A DNA stretch of 64,000 bases from Takakia lepidozioides (Eukaryota > Plantae > Bryophyta), in assembly GCA_030704615.1 (NCBI GenBank), contig CM060733.1, positions 62,992,001-63,056,000 of the forward strand. Direction: 5' to 3'. The position numbers and the translations under genes are program-made. Shown here in pieces: positions 28,129 through 39,459 of this stretch. The notes beneath the pieces are model-generated. The model was not told the origin of the DNA, did not search any database, and worked only from the letters and a program-made list of their open reading frames with translations. Each line of letters opens with the position of its first letter. Positions within the stretch are counted from its first letter, which is position 1.

Positions 28129-28239
28129 GGTCATTCGGTATAAAGGGTTGTGTCGGCAATGGTGATGTGTTGCACACATTCGTGCGAGGTGTCTCCCGGA
28201 GTGTCAGTGTTTGTGCTGTGCTCTTCTGGCACAGCACTG

Positions 28240-28640
28240 GAAGGAAGTGGAGAGTCCTTCCAGGCACATACCAGGTCCTTGGAAAAGAGAGAAGACAATC
28301 AGCAGGATCAGTAGTTACCCCTGGCACTGCAGCATCGGTCGTGCAGCAGAAAGACACAGTTCATATGAAACAAGAGGTGAGCACATCCACTACATTCGTG
28401 ACTCTTTCAGACTCGTCCTCGGAGGATGTTTATGAGATTCCTCCGCCAGCGCAGACTCCATTCTTGGATGATGACGAATTGCAGGAGATAACGAATGTCA
28501 TTCCGAAATTGAAAGCCCTCGCAGGGGTGTCTGGGTGCAAGAGCGAGCTGCGTTTTGTTGATTGGGAGTCCCTTCATGTGCAGCGGGTTTAATACATGCC
28601 AGCAGAGTTTGATGGGGACATCTTGTTTGAGCTCAACCCT
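28240..28640 (+). pseudogene. MULE transposase N-terminal fragment (subfamily-D-like)
   Basis: WRVLPGTYQVLG...VTPGTAASVV...VIPKLKALAG...KSELRFVDWESL aligns with ORFs 59182-59535 and 58555-59100. Confidence 0.75.
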
Positions 28641-28679
28641 GGGAGGCAAAGGGCCAGCACAAACACAGCCTACACAGTT

Positions 28680-28755
28680 GCAGTGTGGGCATTGTGGCAA
28701 GTTTGGGCATGGAGAGGCCCAGTGTTATGATTTGCATCCTGAGCTGCGGCCAGGA
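28680..28755 (+). pseudogene. Retrotransposon gag CCHC zinc-knuckle fragment
   Basis: CGHCGKFGHGEAQCYDLHPELRP. Confidence 0.55.
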
Positions 28756-28925
28756 TAGGTCCAACGGAACAATGGTGGCCGAGGGTGAGGTGGAGTAGCT
28801 CAGAGAGGATGAGGTGGTCAGGCACGAGGTGTAGGCCAAGGGCAAGCTCAGCATGGCCAGGGACGTGGAGGTCAGGGTGTTGACCCAGGCATGGCCAACC
28901 GGCTTCACCAGCAGCTTGCTGCCAT

Positions 28926-31242
28926 TGTCGCGCACCTCACTTCGGTAAGCTCCCCATCAAGTCATAGTTACTCGCTTTGATGCGCGCGCCTAACTCCCAA
29001 ATTGGCCGCCGGGCCAACTCGGAGCTTCGGCTGCTCACCGGGACATAACGGTCCCCCTTTTCTCCTCTACAAGACCCTCGCTCACTTTGGGCCTAGTGGA
29101 AATTCCCTTTGGTTGTTGGCAGTCCGGAATAGCTCCCCACACCTTGGTCGCTTTCCGGTTCGCACGCTTACTCACTAGTTTTTGGTCACCAACGGGCTTG
29201 CACCATTCTCGGGGTTACTACTCCCTATATATACTTCTGTGACTATCCGCGGGGGCTTCACAAACAACACCGTCCTTTTATGGCAAACCACCACGAAGAC
29301 CCTTGACTCCCGGTGATGAGTCGTGGTGATTCTTGGCCCACCCACCATGGCCCCAATGGACCGTGATGAGTCCCAAGACTCCCCACGACTCCCACCACAA
29401 GGTCTCCGCCCCATGGTGAGTCCTATGCCACCCCCACTAAGACCCACTAAGTTACCACCACCCCTTGTGGAACCACCCCCACCGCAACCCGGTGTGCGGG
29501 GCTCCACCTAGTGAGCGCCTCCGCCTCCTTGAGTGCCTTGGGCACTCAAGGGTGCTTCAGCCCCCGTACCTATTGTTGCCACTGCCCCCACCACAGGGGC
29601 AGCCCCTCTTGTGTCCCGACCTCCTGCCGTCAAGGCAAAGGGCCGCAACACACACCCCTACCAACAGGGAGTCGATGTCCTCATCGACTTGTCTATTTTG
29701 TAGAAACTAACATCCAAGTTGTGGCGTCCCACATCAAGGAGTTTGTTTCCGTACCATGGCGTCCCATGGCAAAGAACCAAACCCCCACTTGACTCTACTC
29801 TCCACTAGCTAGTTCGGCTGACTTCCTCCAAGTCCCGGCCAAGGGTGGAGCCTCTCAAGCTCCACCCAGTGCACTCTTCTTGGCCCACTTCAAGGCCAAG
29901 GAACGATCCTCCCCGAGGATCGAATCGCCTTACTGCAACAACATTGCTTGCAACCGCTCATGATGCCGCTTTTTGGCATTACCTTGAGCAAGGGTTCACC
30001 TTGAACCTCTTTTTGACTAGGAAGATAACCTTGAACCAATCGTGCGCCCCAATCACTACAATTGGGTCCGCCTTGGAATGCTGGCCTGAGGTACGGGAAC
30101 ACGCCGAAGCCGCACTATGACTTCGTCCCGAGGCTACACAATTATAGTAAATGAACGGAAGCACGTAGCTTCCGCATTAGCCCGCAATACAAGGCAACCC
30201 CCTTGGTAGCGCAGTTATAGTACGTGCACGCGTCAGGTGCGCACTAGCACGTGAACTCCCAAAGAAGGCGCAAGTTTCCTTGCCCCTTGTATGAGAGTCA
30301 CCCAATTTCGGCACTGCGCAAACACACGATTAATCCAATTTACCTCTCCCACTTTTGTAAGCTAGCATGCATTCTACATACTAGCCAACCATACCATGCA
30401 CAACATTTGGAAACCATTTCATTTATAAACAAAATTTGTACAACACAAGTTTTTGCAATCGGATTCCTGAGCTAGCTAAGCCGGACTAAGCATGCATTTC
30501 CTCCCCCACAATCCAAGGTTGATGTCCCCATCAACGCTTCTTCCGCTTTTGAGGTCGTCCTTTGAAAGCTGCAACCGCCTTGGTTGTGTTTCCCATTTCT
30601 GAGGCACGCACCCAAGTTGCCTCCACTTGATGATAGCCCTTCTATTTCACAAGATACTCCGTTTCTTGATTCTTGAACCTCCTCGACTGAAGCACTGCCT
30701 CCACCTCGTACTCAGGTTCATTTTCATGATCCAACAGCACAGGTGGCGGACGCAACACTTGATGCCGATTCGGACGCGCTTCATCTTTGAAGTAAGGCTT
30801 CAAAAGGGAAACGTGGAATACCGGATGCACCTTGCTGTTTGCTGGCAGCTCCAATTCATACACATCCTCATTCATAACCTTCCGAATGCGAAAGAGCCCC
30901 GCATACGGAGGTATGAACTTTGGACTCACTTCCAGAGGTAGTCGAAAATTCTTGATGTTCAACCAAACCTCCGTGCCTGCCTCAAACTTAACTTCCCTCC
31001 GCTTCCGATTCGCCTGCCGTTCATACCGTTTCCTAGCTTTGGCAATATTGTACTTTACGAGCTCCAACAAACGCTCGCGTTCTTCCAGCACCGCTGCTGC
31101 TGCCGGTTCCTCAACGTCCTGGGCGGCCCAACTTGTCGGCACCAGAGGTGCTTTTCCATAGACCAATACAAAAGGGGAAACTCCCGTTGCGGAGTGTTTT
31201 ATGTTATTATAACAGAACTCTGCCACATCCAAGTGCTCCATC
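28926..31242 (-). mobile_element. Chromovirus-type Ty3/Gypsy element, 3' fragment: LTR 28926-30496, PPT, integrase C-terminus and chromodomain
   Basis: Reverse-complement homolog of 34720-37063. TG...CA LTR ends. ORF 30642-31241 (HPVFHVSLLKPY, EYEVEAVL...EYLVK). Cut at 31243 by a MULE TIR. Confidence 0.9.
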
Positions 31243-32230
31243 GAGGTTAGCTATTTCATGAGCATGAGCGGCATGAGCGGAGTAGCAAGACAATCGGTTT
31301 TCATGAGCAGAAGTACAAATTTCGAAAATAAAAAACAATAAAAACATTAATTTAATGCAATGTGTCAGAAAAAACAAATATCTTATTCGGCACCATGACG
31401 GGAAAATTGTAGTTTTGAGAGTTGTGCTCATGATATTTCGTCTTCCGCTCATGCCAATTCCCAGCGACATGTGCAAAAATGGCGCCGAATTTCACGGTAA
31501 TAGGGTCCGTAACCGGAAAAAACCGCGACGTATTTCGCGGTAATAGGTCTCTCTGGCAAAAAATGGTGCCGAATTCCACGGCTATAGGTCCCCTCATGAC
31601 AGGTGTGTAAGCCCAAATTTTGGAAATGTGGCGCCGAATTTCGGTACATGGTGCCGGGGATTGCACATCTGCACGCGAAAGCAGAAGAGAAGAGAAAGGA
31701 AAGACGTGTCCCTGCTCGGCCAGAGTCGGCAAAGGAAGCTGCTGCTCTGGAACAATCCAGAAAGGCAGCTGAGATGGCACAGAAGACGGTGGATGCAGCT
31801 GTGCAGGCTCAACAGAAGGGGTCCAAGAAGCGGACTCGCCAGCAAGGAGCAGCAGTTGTGACACCCAAGAAAACGAAGAAGCAGAAACAAATAGTGCAGG
31901 TAGAGGGTGAGGAAGAGGACTCCGATGGAGACTTTGCAACCAGCCCACCCCCCGAAACGCAGCCGAAATCCCCTGTGCCCACCGTTGTCACGAGAGGGAC
32001 GAGAACTGGCTTGGCAAAGAAGGCACTCTTCAACCCCCCGGGGGGGCACCCTTTCGAGCCGGTGGAAATGAAGAGGCCGAAAGTGGATCCCGATACAGTA
32101 GTCCAATGTGTGAATGAGAGTCTCTTGGCAGCTTTGGATGGACGGGCAGCCAAGTTGGCATACATGAAGACCATGGAGGGTCTGAAGGGCAGAGCACTGA
32201 AGAAGGTGGCTGCCGAAGAGCCTTCAAGGA
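31243..32230. mobile_element. MULE right TIR and subterminal region (31243-31660) joined to a + strand fragment of the cargo gene lying upstream of the MTase domain (31670-32230)
   Basis: GAGGTTAGCTATTTCATGAGC at 31243. ORF 31603-32529 from KKTKKQKQIVQVEGEEEDSDGDF to AAEEPS is nearly identical to the start of ORF 48699-49442. Confidence 0.8.
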
Positions 32231-33159
32231 CGGTCTACTTCTTCTTCGTCTTTGCTGGAGAAGGGCTAGACCCCTGCTGGCGATTCTCCATGACCTTCGA
32301 ACGCGAGTCGCTCTCTGGGGCTTTGAACTGCAAAGACTTGCCCTTCGAAGCCGCATCCTTGAAACGCACAGGGCTAGGCCCGGCAGGAAGACCCATGCTC
32401 GTGGATCGGCTGGGTGTGCGTGCTGCAGCTACCTCCACTGACCCTGCCTGCGGCTCTTCGGATTCCTGCGATCCCTCCAGCACGTCCACATTTCCGGTTA
32501 GGCATGCAAACAACATTCAAGTCTCCTAGCATACAGTCTAAGAATTGCAGAAGAAAAATGAGGGGGGTTTCGGTGCTCGATCAGCTGGCGAATCCCGATA
32601 GCACGGAGCTCTCACTGGTGGCTGGGTTGCCTGCGTGCCCTGATGCTGCGAGATGGCAATCTCCTCCTGTAGACGCATCTTCTTCCTCCCCTTTGGCATT
32701 GGCCTACGTCCGAAGTACAATTTTTGGAGCTTGCGACGATGTCTCTTCTCTAGTGCACGCACTCCCTCCCTCTCAGGTTCGAGCATAAGAAGAACAGAGA
32801 CAGGGAAAAGGGGCGAAGAGTGTAGATGGAAAGGGCGCGAGAGGGGTGACTGAGTAGACACGACAAAAGAAGATGAAACGGCGGTGATGCACCACTTGGG
32901 TTCGAAAGGGTTGGACAAAAGTGTCTCCTCGTGGACTTTGCGTCATTACGAAATTCGAATCATTCAGGGTACGCCTGCCGTCTGAAAAAACAAACATCAT
33001 TATCCAACGGTCAGGCCGCGCCGCCTCATGCCACTTCAGTAAGATAGAGTGCAGACATGTGCCGCAATTTCGTTGCTCCACGTGTTCACATATCATGGCA
33101 TTTCCGTCCCAGCGTCTGATGAGTTGGAGTGAAAATGCAAATGCGGCGCCGCATTTCCG

Positions 33160-36100
33160 TTAAGTACAAGAAGTGGGATAGGCCACGCGGCGACAATGGC
33201 ACGTGGAAATCGAAGGGAGGGCCTTCACACGTCAAGGCGGCACCGGTGCTTCGAAAGGAAAAGCGGGTGGAGCGGCTTATGGCGGACAGAAGGCGACCTT
33301 TGATGGAGTGTGTTTCAATTGCGGGGAGCCCGGGCACATGGCCAAGAAGTGCACAAAACCTCGACAATTGAACATGATTCGGGCAACCACGGAACTGTCG
33401 GAAGATACCATCAGTCGCTTGGTGGAAGCGGTGGTCGCCAGGACTTGCAAGGTAGGCAACTATTCTTGTGAGTTGTATCAGGAAACTGGCGCCCTGCGTA
33501 AAGGGAGTCAGTTATTGTTCGTGGATGGGATAATATCCGGAACTACGTGTCGTTGTTGGTGGACACAGGAGCGTCACACTCCTTCATGACGCCGGCGGTG
33601 GCGCGAAAGTTGGGACTCCCGACAAGTGACGTGGGGGCCTCTATTGAGGTGCGTTTTGCTAAAAGAGAACCACAACTGGGGTTGGCATTCGATGTTCCTC
33701 TTCAACTGGGAAGTTGGGAGGGATATGAGAACTTCACCATCTACGAGATCGATGGAGTGGATCGTTGGTTCCAACCCAGGGAAGGTGTTCACGGACAATG
33801 TCACGGTGAAGTATTTTGCCACGCAGCCCAAGTTGTCCCCAAAACAACTTAGGTGGCAAGATATTTTGGCGGTGTTCGACGTGGATATCCAGTACAAACC
33901 GGGACGGGACAATGTGGTGGCCGATGCTTTAAGTAGGAAGCAGCAGCTCTTGTTGGTGTACAGGGGCGAGACGGCGCTCCAAAGGAAGATCCGGAAGGCT
34001 TTGCCGGAAGGATGAGCTGGCGAAGTCCGTGATGCTAGACTTGAGGATGGGGGTTAAATCGCAGTTCCACTTGCAAAATGGATTGCTCCGGTAGAAGCAA
34101 AAGCGCCTCTACGTGCCGAAGGGAGGGATCAGAGATAGTCTCTTGAGAGAATGCCATGATGGCCCGCTTGCGGGCCACGGCGGAGCCAAGCGCACCGCGG
34201 CACTCTTGAAGAAAGAGTATTTCTGGCCCAAACTCAGGGAGGAGGCAGAGGAGTATGTCAAGACATGCACCACATGCCAACAAAACCGGAGCGAGTACAA
34301 AAAGCAAGCGGGGCTGTTACAGCCCTTGCCGATTCCAGAGGGGACTTGGGAAAGCGTCTCGATGGATTTCATGACTGCTATGCCGCTGTCGAAAGGATTC
34401 GATGCAATCATGGTGGTGGTGGATAGGTTCAGTAAAATGGGCCATTTCATTCCCACCAAGGAGATGGCAACGGCGCAGGAGACGGGGCAACTTTACTTCG
34501 CCCACGTCTTAAAGCATCATGGAGTCCCGAAGGATATCGTCTTGGACCGCGATCCAAAGTTTACGAGTAAATTTTGGAGGACGCTCTGGAAGAAGATGGG
34601 GACGAGGCTGAAGATGAGCACCGCCTTTCGACCTACGACGGACGGCCAAACGTAAAGAGTGAATTCCGTAGTGAAGCAGATCTTGCGGAATTACGTGTCG
34701 GCAGACCAATCAGACTGGGTGGAACACTTAGACGCGGCAGAGTTCTGTTATAATAACACAAAACACTCCGCAACGGGAGTTTCCCCTTTCGTATTGGTAT
34801 ATGGAAAAGCACCTCTGGTGCCGACAAGTTGGGCCGCCCAGGACTTTGAGGAACCGACAGTAGCGGCGGTACTGGAAGAACGCGAGCGTTTGTTGAAGCT
34901 CGCAAAGTACAACATTGCCAAAGCTAGGAAACGGTATGAAAGGCAGGCGAATCGGAAGCGGAGGGAAGTGAAGTTTGAGGCAGGCACGGAGGTCTGGTTG
35001 AACATCAAGAATTTTCGACTACCTCCGGAAGTGAGTCCAAAGTTCGTACCTCCGTATGCGAGACCTTTTTGCATCCGAAAGGTTATGAATGAGGATGTGT
35101 ATGAATTGGAGTTGCCGGCAAACAGCAAGGTGCATCCAGTATTCCACGTCTCCATTTTGAAGCCTTACTTCAAAGATGAAGCGCGTCCGAATCGGCATCA
35201 AGTGTTGCGTCCGCCACCTGTGCTGTTGGATCATGAAAATGAACCTGAGTACGAGGTGGAACCAGTGCTTAAGTCAAGGAGGTTCAAGAACCAAGAAACG
35301 GAGTATCTCGTCAAATGGAAAGGGCTATCATCATGTGGAGGCATCTTGGGTGCGTGCCTCAGAAATGGGAAACGCATTCGAGGCGGTTGCAGCGTTCGAA
35401 GGGCGACCTCAAAAGCGGAAGAAGCGTTGATGGGGACATCAACCTTGGAGCGTGGGGGAGGAAATGCATGCTTAGCCCGGCTTAGCTAGCTCAGGAATCC
35501 AATTGCAAAAACTTGTATTGTACAAATATTTGTTATAAAGGAAATGGGTTCCAAATGTTGTGCGTCCTATTTTGTTTGGAATGGTGATGCATAGTGTGGT
35601 TGGCTAGTGTGTAGAATGCATGCTAGCTTACAAAAGTGGGAGAGGTAAATTGGGTTAATCGTGTGTTTGCGCAGTGCCGAAATCGGGTGACTCCCATCCA
35701 AGGGGCAAGGAAACTTGCACCTTCTTTGGGAGTTCACGTGCTAGTGCGCACCTGGCGCGTGCGCGTACTATAACTGCGCTACCGAGGGGGTTGCCTTGTA
35801 GTGCGGGCTAACGCGGAAGCTACGTGCTCCTGTTCACGTACTATAATTGTGTAGCCTCGGGACAAAGTCGTAGTGCGGCTTCGGCGTGTTCCCGTACCTC
35901 AGGCCAGCATTCCAAGGCGGACCCAATTGTAGTGATTGGGACGCACGGTTGGTTCAAGGTTATCTTCCTAGTCAAAGGGGGTTCGAGGTGAACCCTTGCG
36001 CAAGGTGATGGCAAAAGTGGCATCATGAGCGATCGCAAGCAATGTTGTTGCAGTAAGGCGATTCGATCCTCGGGGAGGATCGTTCCTTGGCCTTGAAGTA

Positions 36101-37063
36101 GGCCAAGAAGAGTGCACTGGGAGGAGCTTGAGAGGCTCCACCCCTAGCCGGGACTTGGAGGAAGTCGGTCGAACTAGCTAGTGGAGAGTAGAGTCAAGTG
36201 TGGGGTTTGGTTCTTTGCCATGGGACGCCATGGTACAGAAACAAACTCCTTGATGTAGGACGCCACAACTTGGATGTTCGTTTCTACAAAATGGACAAGT
36301 CGATGAGGACATCGACTCCCTGTTGGTAGGGGTGTGTGTCGCGGCCCTTTGCCTTCAGGGCAGGGGGTCGGGACACATGAGGAGCTGCCCCTGTGGTGGG
36401 GGCAGCGGCAGCGATAGGTATGGGGGGCTGAAGCACCCTTGAGTGCCCAAGGCACTCAGGGAAGCGGAGGCGCTCACTAGGTGGAGCCCCGCACACCGGG
36501 TTGCGGTGGGGGTGGCTCCACAAGGGGTGGTGGTAGCTTAGCGGGACTTAGTAGGGGTGGCATAGGACTCACTATGGGGGCGGAGACCTCGTGGTGGGAG
36601 TCGTGGGGAGTCTTGGGACTCATCACGGTCCATAGGGGCCGTGGTGAGTGGGCCAAGACTCACCGCGACTGATCACCGGGAGTCGAGGGTTTTCGTGGTG
36701 GTTTGCCATAAAATGGCATGGCTGGTTGTGAAACCCCCGCGGACAGCTACAGAAGTATATATAGGGAGTAGTAACCCCGAGAACGGTGCAAGCCCGTTGG
36801 TGACCAAAAACTAGTGAGTAAGCGAGCGAGCCGGAAAGCGACCAAAGAGTGGGGAGCTGTTCCGGACTGCCAACTACCAAAGGGAATTTCCATTGGGCCG
36901 AAAGCGGTGGAGGGTTCCTTGGGAGAGCGAAGGGGGACCGTTATGTCCCGGTGAGCAGCCAAAGCTCCAAGTTGGCCCGGCGGCCAGGTTGGGAGTCAGG
37001 CGCGCGCATCAAAGCGAGTAGCTATGACTTGAAGGGGAGCTTACCGAAGTGAGGTGCGCGACA
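33160..37063 (+). mobile_element. Chromovirus-type Ty3/Gypsy element, degenerate, 5'-truncated and lacking RT; 3' LTR 35465-37063
   Basis: Gag CFNCGEPGHMAKKC; protease LLVDTGASHSF; RNase H tail TDN...RWQ...NVVADALSR; integrase H..H..C..C, SMDF, DRDPKF; chromodomain EYEVE...YLVKWKG; PPT GGGGGAGGAAA; LTR TGCATG...GCGCGACA. Confidence 0.92.
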
Positions 37064-37619
37064 CTGGAGACCTCTTTGAAATTTTGGGTAGCTCCACTAA
37101 AAGTATGACGCCTCCCAAAGGAAGCGTAACTTATGGAGTCACCTTCCGCTAGGAAGGTGGACACCTTTATGACACACCAGACCGTGGTTTGAACCCACAA
37201 CCACATCCAACATGGTATGTGCCCTTTACCACTGAGCTACATGCTGGTTGTCGTAGCTCCACTACTATTGGTCTGAAGGCTGAAACCTTTGGCCTCATTC
37301 GGCGTGGAAGGATTGGATCAGGATTGACTATTGCAGGTTCTGCTTCCGCGAATGCCAGCTTCTTTCCCTTTTTCTGGGCTTTTTCCTCTTCTTGCTCCGG
37401 GGGCTGCTATTTCATGAGCGGCATGAGCATGAGCGGAAAAAAAAAAAACATGAGCAGACCATTGTGAGTCCACAGAAATAGGGTTAGGAGGCACGGAAAT
37501 AGGGTCATGTGAAGTTGGAATGTGGCACCAGTGGACTTGAAATGCAACATTTTATTGAAAATTTTGTGGCAAGCCACGTCTATACAAGTGTGTTCTAACT
37601 GTCATAGCCGGAATGGGCA

Positions 37620-39390
37620 CTACTCTCCTACACCCTCCGAGGAACTTGCCCCACCTACTTCCTCATCCCCCTCATCCCCCTCATCCTCCGAGCTCTGTGA
37701 TGCATCAGTTCCACTATGCCTCTCAAAAATCCCGTCCTCTCCTTGGGGGACTGTCCACCTCACCTCCTGGGAATCTTCTGCGTCTTCTCCCCCACTTTCC
37801 TCAGCAGAATCCAAGACAAATCTACGAGCCCGACGGGCTCTAATAGCTGCTGCCTCCTCCCTCATCTTCATTTTCTTGAGGCTTGCCTCGTCTAAAATCT
37901 GCTGTACACGACTAGGTTCGGAACACCTCCTAATGGACACCGAAGCAAGCCGGCAGCATTAGTATGAAGGATGTACTCTTTTTCTGGACTAGGCATGAAA
38001 TCCCCCCTGGCAAAAAAAGGCACGTTCCTCCTGCCCATGAACTCCGGTGTAGACGTCCCTCCGGCAGTACTTGGCATCCTACAGTAAGAACAAATCCATT
38101 TCAAGAATGTCAATACTAGCACAACCAGAAAGGGTTTTCAATGAAATAAGAGAGCGGAGGGAGGTGCCTCACAAAATCTGGAGGCAACTTACAATGCCAC
38201 CACTCACTCGTAAACCGGGGGCTCCTCGGCCTCGATCCCAACTTCCTCCCCCTGCTCCTTCTCGGATTTTTCCTCATCCTCCGAGGATGCCTCTTCCTCT
38301 TTCGGCAGACATTCAGCCGCTGCAAGTTCCGAGTTGTGGAGGGCAGTATCTGGCTCGAAGGCGAACACATGCCTGTCGGACAACGTCCCTGCCCACATTG
38401 AAGCACCTGAGGAACAAAGCGGGCGGTTAATAGCTTGCGGCATGCAATTGCAATCGGACCAGGGGACAAACTGAGCACGTGAAGGCTTACCCGTGCCGCA
38501 TGTGAGGTCCAGAATCCGCCCTTGGACATCCGAGCATGTCTCCATGAGGGTTTGGATGAAAGCAGGGCTCCGGGTCCGGCTGTACCGCCACGGTTTGCCT
38601 GTCTTTGTGTCCTCGGCATACTGGAGTGGGGCACATAGTTGTAGAGGACATCGTAGGTTACAGGGTCCACAGCGGCATCAACAAGACGACCGTTGTTGCG
38701 GAATTTGAACGTAGACCCTCTCTTCACAAAGCAATATGCCTCAAACACCAATGTCTGCACATCCAACAAAGAAGGGATCAACTCCAGGGTCTACTTAACA
38801 TACACAACAATATGAAGTGAATGCAATAGATTGATAACTTACACTTTGGCCCTCTGTTCGCAACCCCTGTGTACTGATGCAGAACCATTTTCTGAGGAGG
38901 ACCGGGGTGACACTTTTCGGTGTCCACCTTGCCACCGCATTCTCTGTGGTCTTCCCTCTCGTGGCAAGGACAACCACACATCCACCGTCATCCAGAAGCA
39001 TCCCCGCCAGCCCAAACCCGGCTTTCCAGTAGTCCTCAGTAAACCTGTTCCAGGTGGGCATACCATCCAGACCCTCCAGCAGCTCCCCATCTGGAATGTC
39101 GAGGAGAATCATGTTGCAAGCTCTCTCCACCTCAACTCCCCCCCCACGAGTGCTCTTGCAATCCGTGCTCACAGCCGTGAAGAATTCCATCATGGCTTCA
39201 AAACCAGGGGTGTCTTTAGGCTCTGTACCGCCAGCCCTCTTCTTGGCTTTCCCCTTCTGCTCCGCCAGAGACTTGCTGTGTGCCACCTTCTTCGCCCTGG
39301 CAGCGAGAGCGTCAAGGAAGCTCTCATTGACGCATTGGATGATGGTTGGAGGTTCTAGCTTGCCCTGTGCGTAAACGTCACCGCGGTGGA
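37620..39390 (-). pseudogene. Cargo gene M1: beta-class DNA amino-methyltransferase-like (N6_N4_Mtase-like) protein with acidic tail; 5'-truncated and frameshifted
   Basis: Spliced motif order: CNMILLDIPDG (motif IV position) ... WKAGFGLAGMLLDDGGCVVV ... RTRSPAFIQTLMETCSDVQGRILDLTCGT|GASMWAGTLSDRHVFAFEPD (motifs X, I, II). GT-AG intron 38407-38490 falls inside motif I; further introns near 38765-38845 and 38085-38208. Confidence 0.75.
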
Positions 39391-39459
39391 CATTTATTGC
39401 CCAACTGTGCAATTAAATGTCGGATGAAGCCTTAAATGTCGGATGAAAAACGACGGAAC

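Noticed and set aside
28926-37063. A single intact LTR retrotransposon bounded by these two LTRs
   Set aside because: The LTRs are inverted, both follow a PPT (both are 3' LTRs), and there is no TSD.
37064-37218. Possible LTR end plus partial tRNA-Met PBS (ACA-TGGTAT), with inverted similarity to 50590-50720
   Set aside because: Only 6 nt of PBS match and the boundaries are unclear; insufficient to call.
37620-39390. MTase-like and ParB-like genes as bacterial contamination or a restriction-modification system
   Set aside because: They have conserved GT-AG introns, one lies within a TIR/TSD-bounded plant transposon, and no endonuclease partner is visible.
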